Part shown: positions 49,733-60,597 of the stretch, piece after piece
Position numbering within the stretch: position 1 is the first letter of the stretch
Layout of the letters: each line of letters starts with the position of its first letter
Assembly (NCBI GenBank): GCA_002104905.1
Contig: MCFE01000390.1
Coordinates: forward strand, 1 to 64,000
DNA: 64,000 nucleotides
Reading direction: 5' to 3'
DNA from: Basidiobolus meristosporus CBS 931.73
Lineage: Eukaryota; Fungi; Basidiobolomycota
Made by a program: the position numbers and the translations under genes
The notes under the pieces: model-generated
What the model saw: only the letters and a program-made list of their open reading frames with translations
Databases searched by the model: none
Told to the model about the DNA's origin: nothing

Positions 49733-51130
49733 TGTTGTAAAATTCATAATTCCACCTGAATACTCACATAACTTAGTCACTTAGATCATTACCTTCAAAT
49801 CCTAGAGAATACTGACCAAATTCCTTGTTGAGATTTACTTAGAATATTCTCACCAAAATACCAGGTACCCAGAACATAAAAATTCTCAAAGTTGTAACCC
49901 AAGTTATTGTATCATTGAGGGTACCAACTTAGCCTATGCCTATTCAGTCCACATTGATGAGCCCCACACTGCAAAAGAGGCCCTAAATAGCCTTCAGACA
50001 AGGTTTTGGAGATCTGCAATGACTGAGGAATTCAGGCCTTGATGGAAAATCAAACTTGGGACTTGGTCAATTACCAATCAACCAAAAATCTATTGGATGC
50101 AGATGGCTCTTTAAGACAAAATTCAAGGCTGATGGTACAATTGAAAGATACAGAGCAAGACTTGTGGCCAAAGGACACTCTCAAACACAAGGACTTGACT
50201 ATACTGGGATCTTTGCACCAGTAGCTAGGTTTAATTCCATCAGATTAATATTGGCTATTACAGTCAAATACAAGCTTTTTATACATCAAATGGATGTAAA
50301 AACTGCATTTTTGATTGGAGAACTTGATGAGGATGTGTATATGAACCAGCCTGATGGGTTTGTTGACCAAGAAAACCCCATTTGGCTTGCAAGCTTAAAA
50401 AATCTCTATATGGTCTTAAACAATCACCAAGAGCCTGAATTGCAGGATACATTCTTATTTATAATCTTTGAGTTTCAAAAGGAGTAATGCTGACTATAGT
50501 ATATACTATAAGCCAGATAGATCAAACCCAGTTCTATTAGCTCTATATGTGGATGATCTTATTACAGCTGCCAATAACCAAGAAACATTGGAAGAGACCA
50601 AATCCAACCTGTCTAAGGAGTTCAAGATGTCCAATCTAGGAGAACTCAGTTACTACTTAGAGATTAAGTTCTCCATAGACAAAAGTACCCAGACTATCAC
50701 CCTATGCCAGTCAAAGTATATTGAAGATATACTAAAGAAGTACCAAATAGAAGACTGTATACTGGCAGCTACCCCAATGGAGACAGACCTTAACTTGGTC
50801 AAAACTGAACCAAATCAAGAGAGCTTGGTTCCATCTGAAAGCCCTGACTTTTCCTATCAATCTATGGTCAGCAGGCTGATGTATAGCATGCTTGAAACAT
50901 GCTGAGATATCTCATTCAGTGGGAGTTGTTAGCTGACATTATCAGAACTATGGATCCAATCATATTGCAGCAGTTAAGCGGATTTTTAGCTACCTAAAAG
51001 GAACTGCTGATCTCTACTTAAGATACACTTATACAGATTCAGAACAGGATTTTGTGGGATACTCTGATGCTGATTGGGGACAGAATTTGGAAGACAGAAG
51101 ATCCACAACAGGATACACTGTTCTTGTTGT
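49733..51130 (+). mobile_element. Degenerate Copia-A LTR fragment plus RT, host of the intact element
   Basis: ORFs 50056..50487 and 50468..50905 (LYVDD); truncated at 51130. Confidence 0.85.
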
Positions 51131-54100
51131 TGTTGTAAGAGTCTTGGAGATATTGGAAGTGATTTGGAGAACAAGTAGATTATGTGGTTTTCACTTAATG
51201 ATTTATTGAATGTAAAAGCAGTATTTATACTTTTACATGGTCTTGGCATTACAAACACGTAGAATAGGTTAAGGAAGGTCCCAAGAACATGTGGGCAAAG
51301 TTTGGGGCTGTTTGGACAACTTTGAGAATTTTCATGTTCTGGGTACCTGGTATTTTGATGAAAATATTCTAAGTAAATCCCGACAGGAATTTGGTCAGTA
51401 TTCTCTAGGATTTGAAGGTGGTGATCTAAGTGACTAAGTTAGGTGAATATTTAGGTGGAAAATACGAATTTTTACAACACTCCCACTCAGCTAAATGTTC
51501 ATACTGACTAGTCCTAATTTTGACCTAAGATATTCAAACTTGTCTCTAGCTAATGGTTTGGTAAATATGTCTGCAATCATTTCATCTGTAGGACAGTAAA
51601 CTAAGCTAACTAAGTTATTCTCTATAGCTTCACGTATGAAATGATGTCTAATATCTATGTGCTTGGTTCTAGCATGAAAAGTTGGATTTCTACCTAATTG
51701 TATACATCCTTGATTATCTTGAAATAAAGTAATAGGCGTTTTTTGACATAGGCCTAAATCTGTAAAGAGCTTTCTTAACCACATTGCTTCTTTTGTAGCT
51801 TCACAGGCTGCCATATACTCTGCCTCTGTAGTAGAAAGTGCTACGGTTGGTTGCTTTCTTGAATTCCATGATATGGCTCCTTTACAGTAAAGAAAGGTGT
51901 ATCCTGTGGTGGATCTTCTGTCTTCTAAATTTCGTCCCCAATCAGCATCAGAGTATCCCACAAGATCCTGTTCTGAATCCTTATAAGTGTATCTTAAGCA
52001 GATATCAGCAGTTCCTTTTAGGTATCTAAAAATCCGCTTAACTGCTGCAATATGATCAGATCCATAATTCTGATTGTGTTGGCTGACAACTCCCACTGAA
52101 TATGAGATATCTGGACGTGTTCCAAGCATGATATACATCAGACTGCCAACCATAGATTGATAAGGAAAGTCAGGGCTTTCAGATGGCACCAAGCTCTCTT
52201 GATTTGGTTGAGTTTTGACCAAGTTAAGGTTTGTCTCCATTGGGGTAGCTGCCGGTTTACAGTCTTCCATTTGGTACTTCTTTAGTATATCTTGAATATA
52301 CTTGGATTGACTTAGGGTAATAGTCTGGGTACTTCTGTCTATGGAGAACTTAATCCCTAAGTAGTAACTAAGTTCTCCTAGATCGGACATCTTGAACTCC
52401 TTAGATAGGCTGGATTTAGTCTCTTCCAATGTTTCTAGGTTATTGGCGGCTATAATAAGATCATCCACATATAGAGCTAATAGAACTGGATTTGCTCTAT
52501 CTGGCTTATAGTATATACTATAGTCAGCATTACTCCTTTTGAAACTCAAAGATTCCAAGTAAGAATCTATCTTGCAATTCCAGGCTCTCGGTGATTGTTT
52601 GAGACCATATAGTGACTTTTTAAGCTTGCAGACCAAATGGGGGTTATCTTGGTCAACAAACCCATCAGGCTGGTCTATATACACGTCCTCATCAAGTTCT
52701 CCATTCAAAAATGCAGTTTTTACATCCATTTGATGAATAAAAAACTTATATTTGGCTGCAATAGCCAATATTAATCTGATGGAATTAAACTTGGCTACCG
52801 GTGCAAAGGTCTCAGTAAAGTCAAGTCCTTTTGTTTGAGAGTATCCTTTGGCTACAAGTCTTGCTTTGTATCTTTCAATTGTACCATCAGCCTTGTATTT
52901 TGTCTTGAAGACCCATCTGCATCCAATTGATTTTTGGTTGATTGGTAATTTGACTAAGTCCAAAGTTTGATTTTCCATCAGTGCCTGATATTCCTCAGTC
53001 ATTGCAGATCTCCAAAACTTTGTCTGAGGGCTATTTAGGGCCTCTTTTACAGTCTGGGGTTCATCAACATGGACTGAATAGGCATAGGCTAAGTTTGTAC
53101 CCTCATTGATATAGTAATTTGGGCTATTTCTTGTCCAATTGGATCTCCGGGCATTTGATACTGGAATGATCACTTCTGGGATATTCCTGGGCACTGATTC
53201 TGGCTGAACCACGGTTGTAGAGTCCTCTGGAGTGAAAAAATTATCATTGTTTTGCTCTGATTCAATCCTGACAATTGGTGGACTTGAGATCAAATTTTTG
53301 TCATCATCTGATGTCATTTTTTGTGAAAATTTTGAATTTTCATCAAACAACACATCCCTGGACTTGATCAGCTTCTTTGCTTCGGTATTGTAGAGTCTGT
53401 ATGCCTTACTCTCATTGCGGTAGCCCAAAAATATGCATTTTACACTTTTTGGCTCAAATTTTGACTGATTTCCGGCCAGTTTTTTGGCATATGCTGTACA
53501 CCCAAATATTCTTAGATGTTCTGCACTTGGTCTGTATCCATACCATGCTTCAAATGGAGTAGAATCACGAAGTATTCTGTTATAACTCCTATTTTTAAGA
53601 TATACAGCAGTGGCAACTGATTCCGCCCAAAAATCATAGGATAATTTTTGATCATGGATCATAGATCTTGCCATATCAATTATTGATCTGTTAGCTTGTT
53701 CTGCTACTCCACTTTGCTGTGGGGAGTATGGTACAGTAGTCTCTTGCTTTATCCCATGAATTTTGCAGAAGTGGATGAAGAGTTTTGAGGTATATTCTCC
53801 ACCATTGTCAGAGCGTATTTTCTTGATTTTTTCACCAGTTTCTCTCTCCACCATGGCTTTAAACTCCCTGAGCTTAGACAGAGCTTCTTCCTTTCTCTCC
53901 ATGAAGTAGACCCATGTGTATCTTGTATAATCATCAATAAAAGTGATTAAATACTTCATCCCGCCTGAGGATAAATTTTGCATAGGTCCACACAGATCTG
54001 AGTGAATTAGATCTAATTTTTTCTTAGTTTTGATTAACCCAGAGCTCTTGAACGGTTGTCTGGCTTGTTTCCCATATATGCAGGCTTCACAGTGCTCCAA

Positions 54101-55814
54101 AATAGCTGGGGGATCAATTTTCACTCCAGAAATTAGCTGATCTTTGATCATTTTACGCAAATAATCAAAATTGATGTGTCCAAATCTCCTGTGCCAAAGC
54201 ATTGGTGTTTCTTCATTTAAGTTACTTATATTGGCTTCCAGATATGATGGAATATAAGTCAACTTGTATAGATTCTGATCTCTGATGCCCAAAGCAATAT
54301 GAGCACCATTTTGATCAGTGATCCTGCATCCAGAATTGTTAAAACTGAAACTGAGTCCTTCTGCTGTGGCCTTGCTTACAGAGAGTAGGTTCTTGGCTAT
54401 TTCTGGTACATAGAGTACTTCTTTAAAGGTCAGTGTATGGCTTCCTTCACTGCTTCTAAGGTTTACTTGGATAGTTCCTTCTCCCACTGCATCAAATGTT
54501 CTATCGTCACCCATGAAAACCTTCTTAATTGGAATTTCTTGATATTGGGTAAAAAGTTCTTTTTGGTGTGTAAAGTGTTGAGAAGCTCCAGAGTCAATAT
54601 ACCACGTTGGAGAATCCTTGTTTGTGGTCATATTTAGTGCAGATATGAATAGTCTATCTTCAGTTGTTGCAGCATTTCCATATTCAGGCTTCTTTTGCTG
54701 ATAATCTCTCTTTTTGAGACACCGGTCTGATGTGTGTCCTTTCCTTTTGCAGTAGTTGCAAAATAGGTTGCTGTTGCCTTTGTAGGGTCTTGGGTACCTT
54801 CTTTGTTGGTTATCATTGCTTATTAAAGCATTTTCTTCTTCCTTCTTATTGGCGCTTGATTTTCTTAATTCTTCATCCAGGAGCCTTCCATATACGTAAT
54901 TTAAGGTCAAATCTTCAGTTCTGGACTCTAGGGCTGATACAAGGCCCTGAAAATCGTCTGTCAGGCTATTCAGGATGGTAACTATCACATCCTCATCAGT
55001 AGTTGGTACGCCCACAGATTCTATCTCATCTACCAGCAGGGTAATTCTGTTAATTAGATTTTTCATTTCTTCTCCTGGCAGCATCTTTGTAGTAAAGAAT
55101 TTTCTTCTCAGATACATTTTCTTGGCAGCTGAACATGACTGGTAGGTGTCTTCCAATGCTTTCCAGGCATTCTTTGCCATTTTTGCTCTTGAGCATTGAA
55201 TTAGCAATTTGTCCTTGACATTAAGGCAAATGCAGTTAAAGGCACTTTGTTCTTTCTTCTGGTACTTTAAGGCTTCCTCTCCCACGTTTTTAGGAGGGCA
55301 TTCTTCTCCCATGACAATATCCCAAAGGCCTCTTTCTTGTAGCAGCATCTTCATCTTCACCTTCCACACTTGGTAGTTAGATCCATCCAACTTTTCAGCA
55401 GAGGGAAAAATTCCAGTAATAGCAGTAGTAGACATTGCAGAGAGTGACAGCTCGGGGCTCATAACCTGTTGTAAGAGTCTTGGAGATATTGGAAGTGATT
55501 GGGAGAACAAGTAGATTATGTGGTTTTCACTTAATGATTTATTGAATGTAAAAGTAGTATTTATACTTTTACATGGTCTTGGCATTACAAACACGTAGAA
55601 TAGGTTAAGGAAGGTCCCAAGAGCATGTGTGCAAAGTTTGGGGCTGTTTGGACAACTTTGAGAATTTTCATGTTCTGGGTACCTGGTATTTTGGTGAAAA
55701 TATTCTAAGTAAATCCCAACAAGGAATTTGGTCAGTATTCTCTAGGATTTGTAGGTAATCATCCAAGTGACTAAGTTGGGTAAATATCTTGGTGGAATTA
55801 CAAATTTTGCAACA
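51131..55814 (-). mobile_element. Copia-A LTR retrotransposon with intact ORF: 3' LTR 51131-51479, PPT ~51480-51490, PBS 55455-55466, 5' LTR 55467-55814
   Basis: TG...CA LTRs of ~348 bp; PBS ggttatgagccc; TATA (55558-55565) and AATAAA (55538-55543) on the minus strand. Confidence 0.95.
51491..55462 (-). CDS. Gag-Pol polyprotein (1323 aa from the ATG in the PBS): Gag, CCHC, protease, integrase, RT, RNase H
   Basis: [65 protein letters not shown] and STTEAEY in Copia order. Confidence 0.95.
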   Translation of the reverse strand: MSPELSLSAMSTTAITGIFPSAEKLDGSNYQVWKVKMKMLLQERGLWDIVMGEECPPKNVGEEALKYQKKEQSAFNCICLNVKDKLLIQCSRAKMAKNAWKALEDTYQSCSAAKKMYLRRKFFTTKMLPGEEMKNLINRITLLVDEIESVGVPTTDEDVIVTILNSLTDDFQGLVSALESRTEDLTLNYVYGRLLDEELRKSSANKKEEENALISNDNQQRRYPRPYKGNSNLFCNYCKRKGHTSDRCLKKRDYQQKKPEYGNAATTEDRLFISALNMTTNKDSPTWYIDSGASQHFTHQKELFTQYQEIPIKKVFMGDDRTFDAVGEGTIQVNLRSSEGSHTLTFKEVLYVPEIAKNLLSVSKATAEGLSFSFNNSGCRITDQNGAHIALGIRDQNLYKLTYIPSYLEANISNLNEETPMLWHRRFGHINFDYLRKMIKDQLISGVKIDPPAILEHCEACIYGKQARQPFKSSGLIKTKKKLDLIHSDLCGPMQNLSSGGMKYLITFIDDYTRYTWVYFMERKEEALSKLREFKAMVERETGEKIKKIRSDNGGEYTSKLFIHFCKIHGIKQETTVPYSPQQSGVAEQANRSIIDMARSMIHDQKLSYDFWAESVATAVYLKNRSYNRILRDSTPFEAWYGYRPSAEHLRIFGCTAYAKKLAGNQSKFEPKSVKCIFLGYRNESKAYRLYNTEAKKLIKSRDVLFDENSKFSQKMTSDDDKNLISSPPIVRIESEQNNDNFFTPEDSTTVVQPESVPRNIPEVIIPVSNARRSNWTRNSPNYYINEGTNLAYAYSVHVDEPQTVKEALNSPQTKFWRSAMTEEYQALMENQTLDLVKLPINQKSIGCRWVFKTKYKADGTIERYKARLVAKGYSQTKGLDFTETFAPVAKFNSIRLILAIAAKYKFFIHQMDVKTAFLNGELDEDVYIDQPDGFVDQDNPHLVCKLKKSLYGLKQSPRAWNCKIDSYLESLSFKRSNADYSIYYKPDRANPVLLALYVDDLIIAANNLETLEETKSSLSKEFKMSDLGELSYYLGIKFSIDRSTQTITLSQSKYIQDILKKYQMEDCKPAATPMETNLNLVKTQPNQESLVPSESPDFPYQSMVGSLMYIMLGTRPDISYSVGVVSQHNQNYGSDHIAAVKRIFRYLKGTADICLRYTYKDSEQDLVGYSDADWGRNLEDRRSTTGYTFLYCKGAISWNSRKQPTVALSTTEAEYMAACEATKEAMWLRKLFTDLGLCQKTPITLFQDNQGCIQLGRNPTFHARTKHIDIRHHFIREAIENNLVSLVYCPTDEMIADIFTKPLARDKFEYLRSKLGLVSMNI

Positions 55815-56199
55815 AATCTGATGTGCAATGATTTTCCAATGGCTTTACATGGTATCATGATGGCACCAATATCTCTTGGTCATGAGATGTCAATTTTGCA
55901 ACAGCATTTGACCAGATCACTGCAGTTACTTTAACAGGGACACTATTCATCTGGCCACTTGATATTCCTATTTTAGCACAAACTTGCCCTTATCAGCTTG
56001 CACAAACCAAGTTGGGTAGATCTATGACACCTTCTGGCTCCACTTGGTCCTCTAAATGTGGCCAGTATGGTGATAGCTGATAAGAAGAAGGCTTAGCCAT
56101 TAATGGCTGGCCAGTCTTGCCTCACAATAGGTTGCTGCTTGGGTCAAGCAAAATCTCAGTAGGTGGTAAGGCAACAGCTGTGGAAAAATGCTGGGAATA

Positions 56200-56400
56200 T
56201 CTGGTGGAGCTAAGTAAGCCCAATAATATATTTGCTGGTCAATAATGTGATATATTGTTTAGAGCAGTGGTGTAAAGCCACCAATATCAGTGATGGGAGC
56301 TTTGAGGATCTACTATTACTGCTTACCAAAAGCATTCCAGTGAGATGGGGTCATAGTGCCATCCACCAACAGATATGTTTGTTCCTACATTTTCTACTCT
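56200..56400 (+). pseudogene. Short CACTA-like transposase N-terminal fragment
   Basis: LEQWCKATNISDGSFEDLLLLLTK matches LEKWHIPTNISNGGFEDLLLLLDK at ~5700. Confidence 0.6.
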
Positions 56401-58663
56401 CCCGCTTTAGGTTACCTATAGATTAGTACTATTCTTGTTATCTTAGTTGATTTGTTTTATCCCAAAAGCCAGCCAACTATCTTACCTGTACCTGCAGATT
56501 TCGTTACCAGTACCCACAGGATAGTGTCAGGTTCTGTCTCTATTGAAGGAAATCTGATGCCACATGGCCAAGACTAAAGAAAATGGAGGTGTATGCCTCA
56601 CATTATTACCAGATTTCAATAAGGATGTTTGTTGGCAGGTCCCACTTAGGTGATGAAGGCCATTGTGGAAGAAAGATACACCACCAATGAAGATGGAACA
56701 ATAGCTTGTCCATCCTTGGTGAGCAATTTATGGATTGTTTTTGCCAGAGTGAATGGCAATTCGGAGTTCTCATTGCACACCGACCCTCACCAACCCGCCG
56801 AGTCTTCTTACCATGGAGATTTTGTAGGGTGTGATCTGGAAGAACAGTTGTCCAACTCTACATCATCCACTTGCTAAACGGTTCGAAGCGCTGCCTCGTG
56901 TCAGCTGATGAAAGGATGGATTGTACCGCGGTTATACCACCAGCTCTGCCTGGTCTACCCATCCGCATCCTTACCAAATCCTTCCAGGCCTCACCATGAG
57001 GGCCATCATTAATTAAATGCATTTACCAACATGTGTCAGGTCAGACAGAAAACCCGGATCCCTGCCTAATGCTTCCGTGACGAATGCCGAATCGCAGGTC
57101 GTCCAGGGAGCCCAGATGAGTGTTGAACGGATCGTACACCCATTAGCAGCTAGGCTGCATGATGGGCATCATCACCCAGGGGGAGGAATGCATCATGAGC
57201 TATATTGGTGAACCATTACAGCATGCCGCTGATGAGCAGCGTGGAGACGATTTCGAGATGACTGGCGCTGTAGATGATGGTTGGACACCATATAGGGTGG
57301 GAACATGTGTGGGCCCATGACTGATACGATCCGGCACACTGGCCACTGACCACTGACCATTGAACCGCCAGACTGATATCATCTAGTGATATTCCATGAT
57401 GTAACCTCGGATCAGGATTCGAGTCCAGCCAGTCCGAATGAATTGGTTTTCCAGGGGAATCTTGTTTGTTATATCGTAATACAGAATAGGGCCAGACGCT
57501 CCAACCCCTCTGAACGGGCCAAGGCAGACCCTCGCGTGGACGCGCGGTGGTTCTTGGGCCGCGAGTACCGTCCGAACCCACGAGGCCAGTACGATGCCCG
57601 ACGACCCCGATGGTCACCAGGCTTGGTCGCTCCGACGGATCACGATTCAGCATCGGGATCCTTTTGGGCTGCTCTCGGACAGGCACTTGGAGAGACAGCA
57701 GGCCCATCCGCATGGATGCTTGATAAAGCCGTTTCCCCTTCACCCTCGTCATATGTGGTAAACTTACGAGGGCGGCCAGGGATGGATGCGATCCCAGCTC
57801 GGGTTCTGTATATGGCTGAATGGTTCTGAAACGGCGAGCCAGCTTCGCCTCATCCTTTGTAATTCCTCCCCAACACGGCCATTCTGCAACAAGGTCAGCC
57901 TAGCTCGCAATGCTGTGCCGCACTGGTTACCATTTGCTGATCCAACTCATCGAAGCTTTATTTAGCCCGTTCACCGCATTTGGGAGATGACGTGACCTGG
58001 CCAAATCCGGCCGAGTCAGTTCATCTGCAATCACCGGCCATCGGCCAATGGCCAAACTATCTGATCCAAACAATGGGCGAACCTCAGTGGGATCTAGATG
58101 GAATGCACTAAAACCACCTGCATACATTAGGATCGCCAACCATCACAAGTCCACCACTCCTCTTCAGATCGGGTGCCATCACGGATTCACCATATGCTCG
58201 CTGGTGGGTCAAGCTGGGTGTTGGTTGTCTGTCGATGGGCTCGCCTAACACGATGGCTAGTGGTTGATTTGGATCGTTCCAATGGCTGGTCCCGATGTGT
58301 GTCGCCAGGGCGGACCATGTGATTAATAGTGCGCTACTTGACCGCACAAGACGCGCACACTGGGATCGCAACGACGTAGCGTTGAGCAGAAATGGCCCAA
58401 GTATCTTACATGATATACAAGCTCAGAAGGCGATTTCCAAGGTCCAGGATTGGTCCACCACATGGCTTAACAAACCAAGCTTCAGGTGGATTCTGGCGTT
58501 GGCCTTGGCTCGAAGAGGTTACGCTTGGTGGCGAGAGGGGCAGGGGGAAGCTGAAACCAGTCCAACAACCTTTTGAGAGGCCTGGGGCATGCGATCAAAT
58601 CGTCGCGGGGCCATTGGATAGCTTGGTGTTTCATGGACATGAGGTGAGACCTTCAGAATCCCA

Positions 58664-58731
58664 CTGCACAATGATGCGGATTGATGAAAGCAGAGATTTT
58701 TTAGTTAGTTTCATGATTGCATCATGCTCAC
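58664..58731 (-). other. Candidate 68-bp spliceosomal intron
   Basis: Minus strand GTGAGC...ACTAAC...TGCAG. Confidence 0.5.
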
Positions 58732-58893
58732 CTAGCCTAATCCCATCCATGATGAGGTATTCGTCACATAATCGCTCCGTCGGCCTATGGCCTTGCATCA
58801 CACTCGTTACACGACTGGAGCTACCATTGCCATTTCCAAGATCCTTTCCATTTTCATTTCCATTCACATTACCAATGTAAATCTCAATCTCAT

Positions 58894-58956
58894 CTACCGC
58901 AAGTGAGACCAGTTAGTAAGCTCCCCCCCCCCTCGGCTAAATGTGGACCCACATAC
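58894..58956 (-). other. Candidate 63-bp spliceosomal intron
   Basis: Minus strand GTATGT...TACTAAC...GGTAG. Confidence 0.6.
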
Positions 58957-59532
58957 CAACCTGCCTCGGGATCGGCCAGTACCTTTCCATTGCCCGCAGA
59001 GCTTGACTAGTGAGGCTAATGCAGGCAGCTCGATGAAGAGTCTTGGTTGGTGTGCCAGCGAACCACTGGGCGAGGCATCCCAAGCTAGTATTCACTTGGC
59101 TCCGAGCTCATATAGCTGACTTCACAGGCAGTCCTAATATGCTGGGACCCCAGCCAATGGGCAGCCAGATCGGGGTTCTTGATATGGATGTCCGTTTAAT
59201 GTTGACAACTCATGCATAACGCGCTTCCTCAGTCCCCACCATCAGCTTGAGGTCACTCTAATCGGTGGGTGGCAGCTTGATGGCATTGTGATGTCATTAG
59301 GCAACCAGTTGATCACCAAGTTGGCTCTAACTTTTTCGGGCCATGATGACAGTGCTGATCCCTGCTATGACTGGTGGGTCGCGGAGAGAAAAATTTATAA
59401 AGCCCTGGTGGGCCCAACATGTACGGTAGTTTAAATTTTGCTCTCCACATTCCTATTCCTTAGGGTCGCCGCCAGGCCAGTTGAATCGATTTTTGTAAAT
59501 TCGTCCTTTTCCACCTCTTCATCACCCACCAG

Positions 59533-60597
59533 ATGTCAAAAACCCTATTCGAGATTCAAACCCCACACGACACTTTCTGTCACAATCTACACAACTGGCG
59601 GGATGGGCTCAACATCAAGGGAAACCTTCTGCTCTCCCCATCCGCCACCATCTCCTTGAGCCAGATCACCCTTCGGTTCATCGGTCGATTGACCATTAAG
59701 CAGGATTTTCAAAAATTCGAGAAGGTGCTGGTGGAGAAATCCTGGAGTTTCATCCCCGAAGGGGAGACCTCGCACACATTCGGCCCCCAGCCACACTCGT
59801 TTGGCTTCCAATTCGAGCTTCCCGGGGATCTTCCCGAGTCTCTACACACCCCCAATTGTAAGATCGAGTACACATTCTATGCCACGGCCAAAACCTCCCT
59901 GTTTCGGTCCAACCTAAAGGCCAGAAAGGTCGTGACCGTTCGAAAAACCATCGGGCCGATTCTTGGGACTGACTGTAGCACACGACGCGAAGGGGTTCAC
60001 AAAGACCTGATCGCCTACGACATCGCCATCCCCGCCTTGGACTTTAGCCACGGGGACTGTTTCCATGTCAACTTCAAATTCCACATGCTGAAAGAGGGGA
60101 TTCTACCCAAGTTCATCGCGTGCGGGCTGCGAGAACGAGTGGTGTATAGGATCCCGATGGAGGAATCCTACACGCACAAGATCTCCGAGGAGTCCTGGGT
60201 GATGGCCACCATCGAGTCCTACCAGAGCAACGAGAACGAGAAAACCCTTCTCATGCAGGTTCCTAAGTCCGCGGACAAGGTCCAGTACAGCCATCTATCG
60301 GATTACGTAGAGATCTCACACTACCTTTATGGCCAAATCCAATTCGCCGACGTCAATGTCGAAGTCAGCTTCCCCGTGTTGATCGCGAGACACGAAGCCA
60401 TCACCCCTGAGTTGCCCCCCGCCTACGAAGACACCCATCTCCTCCCACCCCCCTACCAGCCAATCCACGCTAGTCACACCTCCCGGTTCGACCAGTACCA
60501 GATCATTCCCAAACCCATCGTAACTGTCGTAAGCAAATCAGTGAAGCAAGCCAGACGGATGTCTATGAACAATCCGATCTCCATCCTAACCCATTAA
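59533..60597 (+). CDS. Alpha-arrestin (ART-like ubiquitin-ligase adaptor), 354 aa
   Basis: Arrestin-N signature (IKGNLLL, ITLRFIG, HSFGFQFELPGDLPES, KIEYTFYA) and C-terminal PY motifs PPAY and PPPY. Confidence 0.85.
   Translation: MSKTLFEIQTPHDTFCHNLHNWRDGLNIKGNLLLSPSATISLSQITLRFIGRLTIKQDFQKFEKVLVEKSWSFIPEGETSHTFGPQPHSFGFQFELPGDLPESLHTPNCKIEYTFYATAKTSLFRSNLKARKVVTVRKTIGPILGTDCSTRREGVHKDLIAYDIAIPALDFSHGDCFHVNFKFHMLKEGILPKFIACGLRERVVYRIPMEESYTHKISEESWVMATIESYQSNENEKTLLMQVPKSADKVQYSHLSDYVEISHYLYGQIQFADVNVEVSFPVLIARHEAITPELPPAYEDTHLLPPPYQPIHASHTSRFDQYQIIPKPIVTVVSKSVKQARRMSMNNPISILTH

Noticed and set aside
94-53937. Numerous antisense ORFs over retrotransposon pol regions (e.g. 94..387, 26332..26586, 37603..37953, 51838..52029)
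   Set aside because: Shadow frames of Copia/Gypsy coding sequence with no independent evidence of function
55463-55594. 44-codon N-terminal Gag extension through the LTR, also open in other LTR copies
   Set aside because: Its ATGs lie upstream of the LTR TATA box (55558-55565, minus strand), so they would not be in the transcript
1-56700. Classical RIP (CpA to TpA)
   Set aside because: The changes I could verify by eye are CpG transitions; a RIP claim needs a computed context spectrum
57017-58576. Overlapping 60-180 aa ORFs on both strands
   Set aside because: No recognisable domains, and such ORFs are expected by chance in GC-richer DNA
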